The notes under the pieces were generated by a model. It did not search any database. It had not been told where the DNA came from and was given only the letters and a program-made list of their open reading frames with translations. The translations under genes and the position numbers were made by a program. Positions 40,175 to 52,392 of a DNA stretch of 64,000 nt are shown here, one piece after another (the first letter of the stretch is position 1; each line of letters opens with the position of its first letter). The stretch is from an uncultured delta proteobacterium. GTDB taxonomy: Bacteria; Desulfobacterota; Binatia; UBA9968. The stretch lies in the NCBI GenBank assembly GCA_963847445.1, contig CAWJZV010000030.1, forward strand, positions 416,001-480,000, in the 5' to 3' direction.

Positions 40175-41269
40175 ATGAACGAGTTTACCCACCTTCGACA
40201 ACGGATGAGCGGTATTCTGACTGCCTTGGCGGTGGGCGTCCCGGCCGGCTTTCTCTTCGCCTGGCTGCACACGCCGATACCCTGGATGTTGGGACCGATG
40301 ATCGCGGTGGCGAGCCTGAATCTGATGGGCGTGACCATGCACTCGCCGCCCTATGCCCGCCAGTTGGGTCAGGTCATCTTGGGCTCGGCGGTATCGTTGT
40401 ACTTCACGCCGCCGGTGGTGGCCAGCCTCGCTGCCAATCTCCCAGCGGTATTGGCCGCCACCGTCGCGGTATTTATCGTCGGCATCTTCGGCGCGCTGAC
40501 CTTGAGCAAAGCCTCCGGCGTCGACTGGAAGTCGACCTTCTTCGCCTCGATCCCCGGCGGCGCCATGGCCATGGCGGTGCTCGCCGACCGCTATGGCGCG
40601 CAGATGTCGCCAGTGGCGGTGGCGCACAGTCTGCGCGTCTCGGTGGTCGTCATCGTCGTTCCGTTTGTCCTAACCTACAGCGGCATTCCGCTGGAAGCCG
40701 CCGCCTATAAGCCGGACATACCGTTGTTCCCAGCGATCTTGGCGGTCTGGTTGTTGATCAGTGGCGTCTTCGGCGAGATTTCCGAAAGATTTCATTTTCA
40801 CAATGGCTGCCTGTTGGTGCCGATATTTTTCGGCGCGGCGTTGACCATGGGCGGCGTTGAATTATCCTCCGTGCCGCACACGCTCACCGACTTCGCCCAG
40901 CTGATGTTTGGCTTGGTCCTCGGCGCGCGCTACGAACGGGCCTTTTTCGCGCGCCACAGACTGTTCATTCCCTTCGCCCTGCTCAATTCACTCTTCATCC
41001 TGGTCGCCTCGGCGATCGCCGGCGCCGCCCTCGCCTGGGCCTTCGACCTGCCGATCGCGACCATGATCATCGCCACTTCGCCCGGCGGCCTGGCCGAGAT
41101 GACGATTACCGCCCAGGCGCTGCATATCAGCGTGCCGCTGGTGGTGGCGTTTCACCTATTTCGCGTGGTGGTCGTCAACATGGGCACGCAACATATCTTC
41201 GTTGCGGTGTCGCGCCTAGTGAGCCGCCTGCCCACCGACGGCGAACCCGCACCAAACCGCGACCGGTGA
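40175..41269 (+). CDS. AbrB-family membrane protein (internally duplicated; PGG motifs)
   Basis: PIPWMLGPM, GQVILG, FFASIPGG, ATSPGGLAEM. Confidence 0.85.
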   Translation: MNEFTHLRQRMSGILTALAVGVPAGFLFAWLHTPIPWMLGPMIAVASLNLMGVTMHSPPYARQLGQVILGSAVSLYFTPPVVASLAANLPAVLAATVAVFIVGIFGALTLSKASGVDWKSTFFASIPGGAMAMAVLADRYGAQMSPVAVAHSLRVSVVVIVVPFVLTYSGIPLEAAAYKPDIPLFPAILAVWLLISGVFGEISERFHFHNGCLLVPIFFGAALTMGGVELSSVPHTLTDFAQLMFGLVLGARYERAFFARHRLFIPFALLNSLFILVASAIAGAALAWAFDLPIATMIIATSPGGLAEMTITAQALHISVPLVVAFHLFRVVVVNMGTQHIFVAVSRLVSRLPTDGEPAPNRDR

Positions 41270-41488
41270 ATTCGTCACCGAGCTCCGCCCAAGATTCTTT
41301 TTCAAGTGAACTATGGAGAGTACAATAACAGCAAGGAACAACCACTTACACGTAACCTGAAATAAGCCAACGGTCGAACTGGAGAGTTCCCAGCCAATAA
41401 TATCCCTACAACATCGGTGAGGGGAACGTCCGACAGTAAGAAGTAGGACAACGATCATATCTAGTTCTAGAGTCTTGTCGCTGCTCAT
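41216..41488 (-). CDS. Possible small membrane protein
   Basis: MSSDKTLELDMIVVLLLTVG...WLFLAVIVLSIVHLKK with two hydrophobic stretches; AT-rich and possibly frameshifted. Confidence 0.3.
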   Translation of the reverse strand: MSSDKTLELDMIVVLLLTVGRSPHRCCRDIIGWELSSSTVGLFQVTCKWLFLAVIVLSIVHLKKNLGRSSVTNSPVAVWCGFAVGGQAAH

Positions 41489-42295
41489 AAGTTCATCGTC
41501 TGCTTGCCACTCTTTAAGGCACCTCAAACGACAATAAAGAATTGATAGGTAGATTGTTGCGACCCCGTGAAGAGTCGCGTGAATTCTTCAACATAGTTGG
41601 TGTCGCAGTTGCGTGGCTAAGTCTGACATACTCTAATGACTAAGCCTCAAATTACCGAGAACGACGCCGTAAGAATAGCCAGCGCGCAGATGACGCGGTC
41701 CGGGACAACCGCTCGGATTTGATGCTCGTCAGTTCCAAGGTCCGCTATGGACTGAGTCGACCACTGGATTTACGCTTTTCCCCGACCGGGGGGTTCGATC
41801 AGACCACGGGAGATCGGGGAAAGCTCGAGCGCCGGTCCGATAACCTGGTACAAGTGACGCGCTGCCCGTGCTGAGTTTCTGTAGCCATTTGCTCCTATCC
41901 GGGATACGCCGTTAGTCGCACAAATCCTTTTTCGCTTGAATTGCCGTAGTAGATCATCGTGAAAGTTTCTTGATGGGCAAGCGGTAAAAGAAACTGCCGC
42001 CACTATGGAGCCAAACTCATGGGTTCATCAGGTGCGGAAAATCATCAACGCATCGGCTGCGTCTGATATTGACTGATTGCTTGAAGGGTTTTGCCTTCTG
42101 TATCGGCACTAAGATTTGAACTTGCCGCTGCTGTCTCGTCTGCTCCACGCCAATTTTCGTTGGCACTGAAACGCAAACCCGCATCACAGAAATCGAGATT
42201 TCAGATATATGTCAGGCGGATCGGGCGGCGCATCGAAATAAAATTTTTTCTTTGGCGCCGTTCCGTTAGGATACAGAATTTTTCCCACGCGATCG

Positions 42296-42311
42296 TGGCA
42301 TATTCATTGCT
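42296..42311 (+). promoter_or_regulatory. Sigma-54 (-24/-12) promoter upstream of opgGH
   Basis: TGGCATATTCATTGCT. Confidence 0.7.
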
Positions 42312-42445
42312 ACGATCAATGCTTCGAAAAGCATGACAAATATTTCCCGGATACCATCGTGGCCATTCTCAAATTTGACGCACTGACTTCAGCGCAAACC
42401 TCCAGGTCGGATGATTGCACAGGTATACACACTGCATTGCGTTGC

Positions 42446-43930
42446 ATGCTGCGCCTGCTGGCAACATTTATCTGCATAATACCGACCCTCGCTCAAGCGA
42501 ACGGCCGGTTCCAATTTGACGATGTCGCGGCCCTGGCAAAAAAAAGTGCCGCCGAAACATTTCGTCCGCCGCAACTTATTCCAGATTTTTTGCGATCGCT
42601 GTCCTACGATGATTATCGCGACATTCGCTTCGACACCAAGCGGTCATGGTGGCGTGATGGCGGCAACTTTCAAGTTCAGTTCATTCATCCCGGCCTGTTT
42701 TACGGTCACGCGGTGAAAATGAACACCGTCGAAGGCGGGGTGGTGCGGCCGGCAAGCTTTTCGCCTGAACAATTTACTTACGGGAGAAATAAGTTCGCCG
42801 ACAAAATCCCCGCCGATCTAGGCTTTGCCGGTTTCCGTATCGCCTATCCGTTTTATCCGAAGAACGAATTTAATCATGTGGTCGTATTCGCCGGTGCAAG
42901 TTACTTCAGAGCGGTGGCAAAAGGCCAAGTGTTCGGCTTGTCCGCGCGCGGCTTGGCGATCGATACCGGCTTGCCGACTGGAGAGGAGTTTCCATATTTC
43001 AAGGAGTTCTGGTTGGAGCGGCCGGCGCGCGACGCGCGCCAAACGACACTGTACGCGTTGCTCGATAGCGCCAGCGTCACGGGCGCTTACTCGTTTGTGA
43101 TCCAACCGGGAGAGCAGACCGTTGTGAATGTGCGCGCACGGTTGTTTCTACGCAAACCGGTGAAGGAGCTCGGCATCGCGCCGCTCACGAGTATGTTTCT
43201 TTACGGCGAGGATAAACCTCGGCCGGCAGATGACTGGCGGCCGGAAGTGCACGATTCAGACGGGTTGCTGGTGCATTCCAGCGCCGGGGAGTGGCTCTGG
43301 CGCCCATTGGGCAATCCAGAAAAACTTCGAGTCAGCTATTTCGAATTCGACAACCCGCGCGGCTTCGGCCTGCTGCAGCGCGATCGGCGCTTGCATAATT
43401 ATGAAGACTTGGAAACCCGGCAAGAATTACGCCCTAACGCATGGATCACGCCCGTCGGCAATTGGGGCAAAGGACAGGTGAAGTTGGTCGAGATTCCGAG
43501 CCGCAAAGAGGCCAACGATAATATAGTCGCCTATTGGCTGCCACGCACGACACCGCCGGTCGGACAAGCCTTCGACTTCGCTTATCGGATCGACTTTCAC
43601 AGCGCCGATCCGGTTGACGTTAATGCGGGCCGGGTGACCGCCATGCGCATCGGCGTCGGCGACAAAGAAGAATGGAAGAGATTCGTTATCGATTTTGAAG
43701 GACAAAAACTTCGCTCTCTGGGCAATGCTACTCCCGTCAAAGCAATTATCGACGTGGGAAGCGACGGCCAACTCGTGCAACAAAGCGTATCGCGAAACCC
43801 AGTGAACGGCGGCTGGCGCGTGAGTTTCCAGGTTAAGCCACCAAAGGGAAAGCCGTTGGAGCTGCGCGCTTTTCTGCAGCACGGTAATCGCGCGCTCAGC
43901 GAAACTTGGAGCTACCAACTCGAGTCATGA
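42446..43930 (+). CDS. opgG: Periplasmic glucan biosynthesis protein G (OpgG/MdoG)
   Basis: YDDYRDIRF, GASYFRAV, GLSARGLAIDT, RPEVHDSDGL, DNIVAYW, SETWSYQ. Confidence 0.93.
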   Translation: MLRLLATFICIIPTLAQANGRFQFDDVAALAKKSAAETFRPPQLIPDFLRSLSYDDYRDIRFDTKRSWWRDGGNFQVQFIHPGLFYGHAVKMNTVEGGVVRPASFSPEQFTYGRNKFADKIPADLGFAGFRIAYPFYPKNEFNHVVVFAGASYFRAVAKGQVFGLSARGLAIDTGLPTGEEFPYFKEFWLERPARDARQTTLYALLDSASVTGAYSFVIQPGEQTVVNVRARLFLRKPVKELGIAPLTSMFLYGEDKPRPADDWRPEVHDSDGLLVHSSAGEWLWRPLGNPEKLRVSYFEFDNPRGFGLLQRDRRLHNYEDLETRQELRPNAWITPVGNWGKGQVKLVEIPSRKEANDNIVAYWLPRTTPPVGQAFDFAYRIDFHSADPVDVNAGRVTAMRIGVGDKEEWKRFVIDFEGQKLRSLGNATPVKAIIDVGSDGQLVQQSVSRNPVNGGWRVSFQVKPPKGKPLELRAFLQHGNRALSETWSYQLES

Positions 43931-46404
43931 GTGAATCTAATTATCAACCAGCGCCATCGTCACAAAGCGCCGTCCGCGGGCGGGCGTGACTTCGATCCCG
44001 CTGCTCAACTTGACCGGCCCAGGGTGCGGCGCCGCGCCGCGCAGAAGCATCGCGCCAGTCAATTGTGCTGCCAATTCAATAACCATTGGCGGGACTGTCC
44101 GAGCCGGTTCGCCACGCCAGAGATCCGACGCATTTCCATGGTGCCGACCAAGATCGAAGTCGGGCTATGGCGCCGTCTCATGGCTAAATTGGCGAACAGG
44201 ACAGAACCCAATCAAAAACACTCTCGGCTGCCAAGCCAGTCGACGGTGACGTATCGAAGAGTGCGGAAATTCAGATCGGCTGGCGGCGCGCGGCAAAGCA
44301 CCGGCGCAACGCATTAGCACTCGTCGTGCTCGCGCAGACCGTGCTTGCAAGTTGGTCCCTGGCGCGATCATTTTCCAGCCCGGAGTTGAGCGCTTTACAG
44401 ATCGCCATCATCGTCAACTTTTCTATTCTGTTTTGCTGGATTTCTTTTTCCTTCTGGAGCAACGTTGCCGGTTTCTGGACGCTCTGGCGTGCCGGTCCCG
44501 TTTGCCCGGTGGCTGAAGCGGCCAAACGCTGTGCCGATCAGCCCTTGCGGTCGCATAACGCACTGCTAATGCCGATTTGCAATGAAGATGTCAGCCGCTG
44601 CCTCGCGGCGATCGAAGCGATATATTTATCGCTTGCCCAGACCGGCGAGCTGGATCATTTCGAGTTTTTTCTGTTGAGCGATTCCAGCGACGCGGAGCGG
44701 CAAGTCGAGGAAGAAATCGCCTGGGCCAAGACCTGTCGCAACGTCGATGGATTCACCCGAATATTTTATCGCCACCGGCGCAACAACGTTAAGCGCAAGA
44801 GTGGCAACATAGCCGATTTCCTACGGCGCTGGGGAGTGAATTATGACCATATGGTTGTATTGGACGCCGATAGCGTGATGTCCGGCGAAAACCTCGTGCA
44901 GCTGGCGCGCTTGATGGAGCGTTATCCAAAAGTTGGCGTTATCCAAACGGTACCGACCATCGTCAACGGCCAGTCGTTGTTCGCGCGCGCGCAACAGTTC
45001 GCCAGTCGTTGCTATGGCTCTTTGTTCAGCGCCAGTCTGCATTTCTGGCAACTTGGCGAGAGTTATTATTGGGGCCACAACGCGATTATTCGGGTCGCGC
45101 CGTTCGTGAAACATTGCGGATTGGCGCGACTGTTCGGCAAACCGCCGTTGGGCGGAGAAATCCTGAGCCATGATTTTGTCGAGGCCGCCTTAATCGGTCG
45201 CGCCGGTTGGGAAGTGTGGCTTGCTCGTGGTTTGACCGGCAGTTATGAAGAATCACCGCCGAGCCTATTGGACGAGCTCAAGCGCGACCGGCGCTGGTGC
45301 CAGGGAAACTTGCAGCATCTGCGGCTCTGGTTCGGTAACGGCATCAAAGCCGGCCATCGCGCGATTCTCATCATGGGCGTCATGGCCTATGCATCGGCGC
45401 TGTTGTGGCTGAGTTTCTTGTTTCTCAACACCGTCGAATTGATCGTGCAGTCGGTCACTACGCCGGTCTATTTTTCACCGCATCCGAGGCTGTTTCCAAT
45501 TTGGCCTGAGTGGCATCCAGAATGGGCGCTCGCTTTGGTCGGCACCACCGCGCTATTGTTGTTGTTGCCCAAGCTCCTGAGTTTTTTATTGATTCTAAAA
45601 AACCGTGAAACGCGGCTCTACGGCGGTTTGGTTTCTCTCTGCGCGAGTATCGCTGCGGAAATCTTGCTGTCGACCCTAATGGCGCCGATCCGCATGTGGT
45701 TTCACAGTAAATTTGTCTTGCTGACGTTACTGGGCCGGCCGATCCGTTGGACAACGCAATGCCGCACGGAAAGTGCCACCGATTGGCGCGCAGCGATTAA
45801 CGCCCACGGATTTTCGGCATTCTTAGCCGGCGCTTGGGTTGTGGTGATGTCCTGGATCAATCCCGCGGTGCTCTTGTGGATGCTGCCGATTTGCCTGGCG
45901 CTCGCCTTGTCGGTGCCGCTTTCTGTGTATTTAAGCCGGCCAGGCCTTGGCCAGGCCGCCAAGCGATGGCATCTGTTTCAAATTCCCGAAGAGAGTTGTC
46001 CGCCGCCAGTAGTTGCCGCAACCCAAGCAAGCTTTGAGCGGCGCCGCGGCCAAGACTTTCCCGGCGGCGGCTTCCTATACACCGTGATGGATTCCTGGGC
46101 GAACCGGCTTCATGTGAAACTACTGCGCGGGCGAACGCCGAAACCGTCCCGACCTAAAGAACGAAACAGAGACCTTTGCGAGCTCGCGCGTAAAAAGGGT
46201 CTGGCGGCGTTGTCTCACTCAGAAAAGGCGCACTTACTCAAAGATGCCGAGAGCATGTCGGCGCTCCACGACGAAATATGCCACGACCGCGAAGCCCATG
46301 TCGCTTCTAACCGGCATACGGACGGCACAGCGACGCCGGTTGGCTACAAGAATCCGGGCCACCACAAACGTCATCATAGCGAATCTTTATCAACGGTTAA
46401 TTAG
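43927..46404 (+). CDS. opgH: Glucan biosynthesis glucosyltransferase H (OpgH/MdoH); N-terminus frameshifted
   Basis: MPICNED, KRKSGNIADF, VLDADS, YWGHNAIIR, ILSHDFVEAAL, RDRRWCQGNLQH. Confidence 0.93.
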
Positions 46405-46537
46405 AGGCTTCAGGCCGAGAGGGCGCCGATGGCGTCTCAAATTACCCGCGATTGGCGATATTTGAATCTTCGTGATCCGCTCGCCGCAACTCGCTGCGAT
46501 TGTTTCGCTGCCCATCGGCTACAACTGCTTGCGTCAC

Positions 46538-47949
46538 TCACTCTACAACTAACTTGGCAACGATCTCATACATCGCGCGAATCGCCGCAGTCAGACGTTC
46601 CACCGGCATGCGTTCGTCGACGCCGTGGACCAAGCCTTCACTGCTCGGCGTGCTGCGCTGGGGTAGGAAACCTAGACAGGGAATTCCTTTGGCGCGAAAA
46701 AAGTGGCAATCGGTAAAGCCGCTGCCGACCGAAAACAACACGGCTGCGCCGGGATCGTGGGCTTTCGCGTACTCGGTGATCACTTTCATCGCTTCTGGAT
46801 TGGTCGGTGAAGTCGCCGCCGTGCGCGAGAGCAAAATTTCGATCTTGACCGAATCGTCGGCGAGCACGCGGCGCAGTTCGTTGATAAACGCCTCGGGCTG
46901 TTCGCCGGGCAGCAAGCGCACGTCGACTTCGGCCGAAGCTTCGGCGGGGATCACGTTGATTTTGTCGGAGCCTTTGATGCCGGTGATGGAAATCGTATTG
47001 CGCACCCGGGCATTGTTGCTGCGGTCTTTGAGAAACTCAGCGGCGAACGTCGGTTCTTGCAGCGCCTTGCGCAGGTCCAAGTAATGCTCGCGCCGGTTGG
47101 CCGGCGCCGTCGCCGCGCTATCGGCGTAGAACTTCTGCACCTCAGGGGTCACTTTGACCGGGCTCTGATAGCTCGCCAAGCGGTTGAGCGCAGCGATCAA
47201 TTTGAGCACCGCTTGATTATCTCCCGGCGAAGCCGCATGACCCGGCGTCCCTGGCGCCGTCAACTTCAACCAGAGCGGCACTTTTTCCGCGACGCCGACG
47301 CTATACAAACGCGCGCGGCCATCATCGCCAACGCGGATGCCGCCGCCTTCGTTAAACACCACGCTGACGTCTTTAAACAGCTCTGGATGCTTGTCGAGCA
47401 AAAAACCTGCGCCGAGCACGCCGCCGGCTTCTTCGTCGGCCGTGCCGAGAAGAATTAAATCGCCTTTGAGCTGGATGTTCTGGCGTTTGAGCGCGAGCAG
47501 CGTCATCAATGCCATTACGCCGCCGCCTTTGTTATCGAGCGCACCCCGGCCCCAAATCACGCCGTCTTTTATCGCACCGCTGAATGGCGGCTCGCGCCAT
47601 AGTTCGGCTTGTGCCGGCACGACGTCCATGTGATGCATCAGCAGGATCGCTTTCTTGGCGCCGTTGCCTTTGAGCCGAGCATATAGGTTCGCCCGGCCCG
47701 GCGCCGACTCGATGACGCGCGCTTCGATGCCTTCCTTGTCCAAGATCGCTTTGAGAAACGCCGCCGCTTTCAACTCGTTGCCGGGCGGATTGGTCGTGTC
47801 GATCTGAACGTAGCGGCTTAGCATCGCAGACCGCTTCGTCTTCGAGCGCCTTCCAGTCGAGTTTGGCATCGGCGCCGAAGCTGACGGCTGCACTCGGTGA
47901 TAAAGGCACCGCCAACAGATCACAACCAGCTATGACAGAACTTTTTCAT
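46538..47949 (-). CDS. M20/M25/M40-family metallopeptidase or amidohydrolase, exported
   Basis: IDTTNPPGNE, HHMDVVPA, GRGALDNKG, ADEEAGG, HGVDER. Signal region frameshifted. Confidence 0.88.
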
Positions 47950-47966
47950 CCACCCCTCCGTGCACA

Positions 47967-48890
47967 TTAGTTTGAAAGAAACTCCTTCGACGAGCTGCGA
48001 AAATCTCCGAAATCTGCTTCGGATGAAACCAACGCACATCTTTGTCGCCGCGGAACCAAGTCAGTTGGCGCTTGGCCAAGTGGCGAGTTTGCTGTTGCAT
48101 TTCTTCCAGCGCCGCGTCAATCGTTAAAGCGCCGCGAATCACCTTACCCATCTGCGCATAGCCGACGCTGCCCAGGGGTTTTAGATCGAGCGAATAACCG
48201 CGCGCCACCAGGCCGCGCACTTCATCGAGCAAACCCGCTTGAATCATCGCCGCGCTGCGCCGATTGATGCGCTCGTAGAGCTCGGCGCGATCAAGGTTCA
48301 ACCCCACCTTCAGCACATCGAAGGAGTCTTCTGGAAAACGATGCTCATTTTGCCATTGGCTAATCGGTTTGCCGGTCAGTTGATAAACCTCCAGAGCACG
48401 AACTGTGCGCGAGCGATCGTTGGGATGAATTGTCGATGTTACCGTCGGATCGATCTCGGCCAGCCGCCGGTAGACCGAATGCTAAGCCGCTCTGGGCAAT
48501 TTCCTTTTCCAGTTCGCTGCGAAATATCACATCCTGCGCCGGGCCCTCGAATAATCCTCGCGTCAGCGCCTTGAGATAGAGCCCCGTACCGCCGCAGACC
48601 ATCGGGTTACGCTTGCGCTCATCGATCTGGTAGATCACTTCGCTCGCCAGATGGCGAAACATCGCGGCATTGAACTCCTGGTCTGGTTTCACCACGTCGA
48701 TCAAATGATGGCGCACGCGCTCGCGCTCCGCCAGCGGTCGGCTTGCCCGTGCCGATATCCATGAATCGATAAACCTGCTGCGAGTCGGCATTGACGATCT
48801 CGCCATTCAATTGCCCGGCGAGTTCCAAGCGCCAACGCGCTCTTGCCCACCGCCGTGGGCCCGAGGATGATCAACGATTTTCGGCTTCAT
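47967..48890 (-). CDS. miaA: tRNA dimethylallyltransferase (several frameshifts)
   Basis: [49 protein letters not shown]. Confidence 0.92.
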
Positions 48891-48909
48891 CGAATAAAAG
48901 ATAACTTCC

Positions 48910-49016
48910 GTTCAAGGTTCAACGTTCAATCGTTCAAAGCTTTCGGTCCGAAGTCCGAATCAGACGTTGAACCCATTCGGCAGGCTCAGGGCAGGCTTTT
49001 GAACCCTTGAACCTTG
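48910..49016. repeat. Inverted arrays of GTTCAA/TTGAAC 7-8 nt units with a nested REP-like insert
   Basis: GTTCAA x4 ... TTGAACCC[ATTCGGCAGGCTCAGGGCAGGCTT]TTGAACCCTTGAACC. Confidence 0.65.
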
Positions 49017-49026
49017 CACGAGAGTT

Positions 49027-50840
49027 TTACGCTATGCGTTTGAACATACGCTCCAATTGGTCGCGGCTCAGCTCGACCAAGACCGGCCGCCCATGCGGGC
49101 ACTGAGTGGCAAACTCGACCTGGTCGAGATCGCGCAGGAGCGCCCGCATCTCCTCCATCGCCAATTTGCGATTGGCGCGAATCACGCTGTGGCAAGCCAT
49201 GGTCGCCAGGCGGTCTTCAAGATGCTGGCGAAGTCTTGAGGAGGTATCGACCTCAGCCAACTCGGCGACCATCTGGCGTACCAACTGGCTGTAGTCCCCC
49301 TCGGGCAACAGCGCGGGTACAGATGTGATTGCGAAGGAACTCGGCCCAAACGGCTCCAAACTAAAACCGTGACGTTCCATAACGGCCAATTTCTCTTCCA
49401 GCATCATGATCTCACCGGCGCTAAGTTCGACGCTCTGGGGAATCAGTAGATCCTGCCGCTCGACGGCGTTGGCCCGCAACTGATGGCGCAGCCGTTCGAA
49501 GGCGATTCGTTCATGGGCGGCGTGTTGATCGATCAGGATCAAGCGGTCGGTGGCGGAGCAGACCAGATAGCAGCCAAGAATCTGATCGTGGATAGTGAGC
49601 GATGAGAAGAAACCTACCCGCCCCGGCCGCTCGTTCTGCGGCACGGTAAACAGTCACGTCGCGCGATGGCATGCGATTCGACATTTGGAAGCCCGCGAGT
49701 TGAATGGCCCAACAACGACTCTCGTACCGTCGGATCGGCGGCCGGAAGCAAAGGAATAAGCCGGCCGCCATTGGCGCGGCGAAGCTGCGTTAGCTCGACA
49801 GCGGTACAACACCGTCCGGCGCTTTGGCATCGCGCTGCAAAGCCGACCGCATCGACCGTGACACCGTTTCATGGACATCGCTTTGGCGGCGGAAGCGCAC
49901 CTCGTACTTGGCCGGATGGACATTGACATCGACCTCGGCGAAAGGCATTTCCAAGAACAACACCACCGCCGGATATTGGCCTTTCATCAGCAGAGTATCG
50001 TAGCCATGCAGCACCGCATGGGTGATCACTTTGTCACGCACGTAGCGGCGGTTGACGAAGGTGAACAGATAACGCGCGTTGGGAAATGAAGTCGGCGCCG
50101 TGCTCAGGAAACCGCTGACGGTCACCTCGCCCTGGGTGAAAGAGAAGGGCTTCAAGCTCTTGGCCACATCGATCACCCAGCACCTGCTGCAAACGATCCC
50201 GCTCCTGCCGCACCGAAATGTAGTCCGCCACGGTGCGGCCGTCATGCTGCAGGCGAAAGTGCACCTGCGGGTGAGCCAGGGCCAGACGGTTGACTACATC
50301 GCAGACATGGCTTAGCTCGGTCGCCGGCGCCTTGAGAAACTTGCGCCGCGCCGGGGTGTTGAAAAATATGTCGCGAATCTCGATGGTCGTGCCCACGGCA
50401 GCGGCAGCGGCGTGTACTTCACCCTTCTTGCCGCCATCGACCGTCAACTTGGCGCCGCTGGCGCTCGATGCCGGCCGCGACGAGATGTCCATCTTGGCGA
50501 TGGAGCCGATGCTCGGCAACGCCTCGCCGCGAAATCCCAATGTCGCGATGCGAAACAGATCGTCGGCTTCTCTGAGCTTACTGGTGGCGTGACGCTCCAC
50601 CGCCAGGGCCAAATCCTCCGGCGTCATTCCCTCGCCGTTGTCGGTGATGCGAATGACGGCGGTGCCGCTCTTTTCGAGCCAGACGAAGATCTCAGTGGCG
50701 CCGGCATCGAGAGAGTTCTCCATGAGCTCTTTGACCACCGAGGCCGGCCGCTCGACCACTTCGCCGGCGGCGATCCGGCTGGCCATTTCGTCGGATAGAA
50801 TATGGATCTTCAAATTTGTCTGGCTTCGTATAGAAACCAT
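49027..50840 (-). CDS. mutL: DNA mismatch repair endonuclease MutL (frameshifted)
   Basis: IAAGEVVERPASVVKEL, GFRGEAL, VDVNVHP, DQHAAHERIAFE, ACH, CPHGRP. Confidence 0.95.
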
Positions 50841-50892
50841 AACCTAGGGCAAAAGATTGGGTCAACGACTCGATCGATTCTGCCGAAAAATA

Positions 50893-50929
50893 AAAAGGGC
50901 AAGCCCGCATTCAGCGGCTTGCCCTTTTC
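50893..50929 (-). terminator. Rho-independent terminator after ubiD
   Basis: AAAAGGGCAAGCCCGC-ATTCA-GCGGCTTGCCCTTTT stem, with a T-tract on the minus strand. Confidence 0.75.
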
Positions 50930-50950
50930 ACGGTAAACCAACGACGAACT

Positions 50951-52392
50951 TTACTTCTTGCCGTACTACCGAACAGTTCGGCACCCCACTTTTTTGGCGG
51001 TGGCGTCAAGCACTTCCCGGCTCGACTCGGCGACCGGTGGAAAGTCCTTAATCCACTCATAGGGCCGGGTCGCGTCGATGATCGCCCGCGAGTTGAAACC
51101 CTTTTTGGTTGGATGAATAACCGGATCGAGCGGTCCGCTCCAGCAACGGCGCAGGATGTCGATATCCGCCTCGGGTTCGCACCGGCTCGACATCGCCCAG
51201 ATCATGTCGTCGGTATTCGATGGATCGATGTCATCGTCGACGACGATCACGAAACGGCCGAGATAAGCACCGGCGTGACATTGCGAGGCGATCACTGCGG
51301 CCTGCTTGGCATGTCCAGGGTAGCGCTGCTTGATCGATACGCACATCATCAAGCGGCTGCCGCCGGAAACCGTGAGCCAGACGCCCTTAACGTCAGGGAC
51401 GCCGGCCTTTTCCATCTCATCCCAGATCAATGCGGAACGGAGATAGGAACGGTACCAACCCAATTCCGCGGGCGGACGGCCCGGAGGGGAGCCGAGAATG
51501 ATCGGATCGTTGCGATGATACAAACGTTTCACTTCGACCCAGGGCTCGGCGCGTTCGGCGCTGGCGTAATAGCCGGTCCACTCGCCGAACGGGCCTTCGA
51601 CCTTGGGTTGGTCGAAACGAACATCGCCTTCGATGACGATTTCGGCGTTGGCCGGGATCGGCAGGCCGGAGTATTCTCCTTCGATCATTTCAAAAGGTTC
51701 GCCGCGGATGCCGCCGATGAATTCATACTCCGGCACGCCGTAGGGCACTTCGATACTGCCGGCCAGGAACGTCAACGGATCATGGCCGAAGGACATCGCC
51801 ATTTTGAATGGCTTGCCGTTGGCCTGGTATTTTTCCCGTTGAATGCGCCCATGCTTGCCGGGAGAAATATAAAATCCGACCTTGTCCTTGTCATGGATCA
51901 TGACCCGGTAGGTGCCGTAGTTGACCCATCCCTCGTCCGGATCGCGGGTGATATCGACGCTGCCGGTGCCGATGTAGCGGCCGCCATCTTTGTCATGCCA
52001 CTTGCGGCGTGGGAAACTTGAACATGTCGATTTCGCCGTCGCGGTAGACGTTGTCGAACAGCCCGCTCTTCTTGACGAACTTGGGCGGGATCGGTTTGAT
52101 CTTCTTGTAGTTGTCTTTCCAAATCTTGACGAAATCCATCTTGGTTTCGCCGGCCGGCAGGCCCAGGGTCAGCGCGAGACGCTTGCGCGACGACAACGAA
52201 TTGGATAGCACCCGATAATCCTTTGGGATAGCCCTTGATGTCCTCGAACAGGACCGCAGGTCCGTCTTCTTTGTGCGCGACGATTTCAGTAATCGCGCCG
52301 ATTTCCAGATTCCAGTCGCAGCCCTTGAGGGTCTTGAGCTCACCCATTTCATCGGCGATCTGAATCCAGTCTCGCAGATCCTGATATTCCAT
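50951..52392 (-). CDS. UbiD-family prFMN-dependent decarboxylase (frameshifted)
   Basis: DWNLEIGAI, GPAVLFEDIKGY, EGPFGEWTGYY, VVDDDIDP, IIDATRP. Confidence 0.9.

Noticed and set aside
40175-41269. Ammonia monooxygenase or AbrB transcription-factor function
   Set aside because: This membrane family only carries those names historically. There are no amoCAB motifs and no DNA-binding domain.
49027-50840. Broken mutL as the cause of a real mutator phenotype that explains the many frameshifts
   Set aside because: Essential genes (hisS, gmk) are also broken and the indels cluster regionally without other decay, so sequencing error is far more parsimonious.
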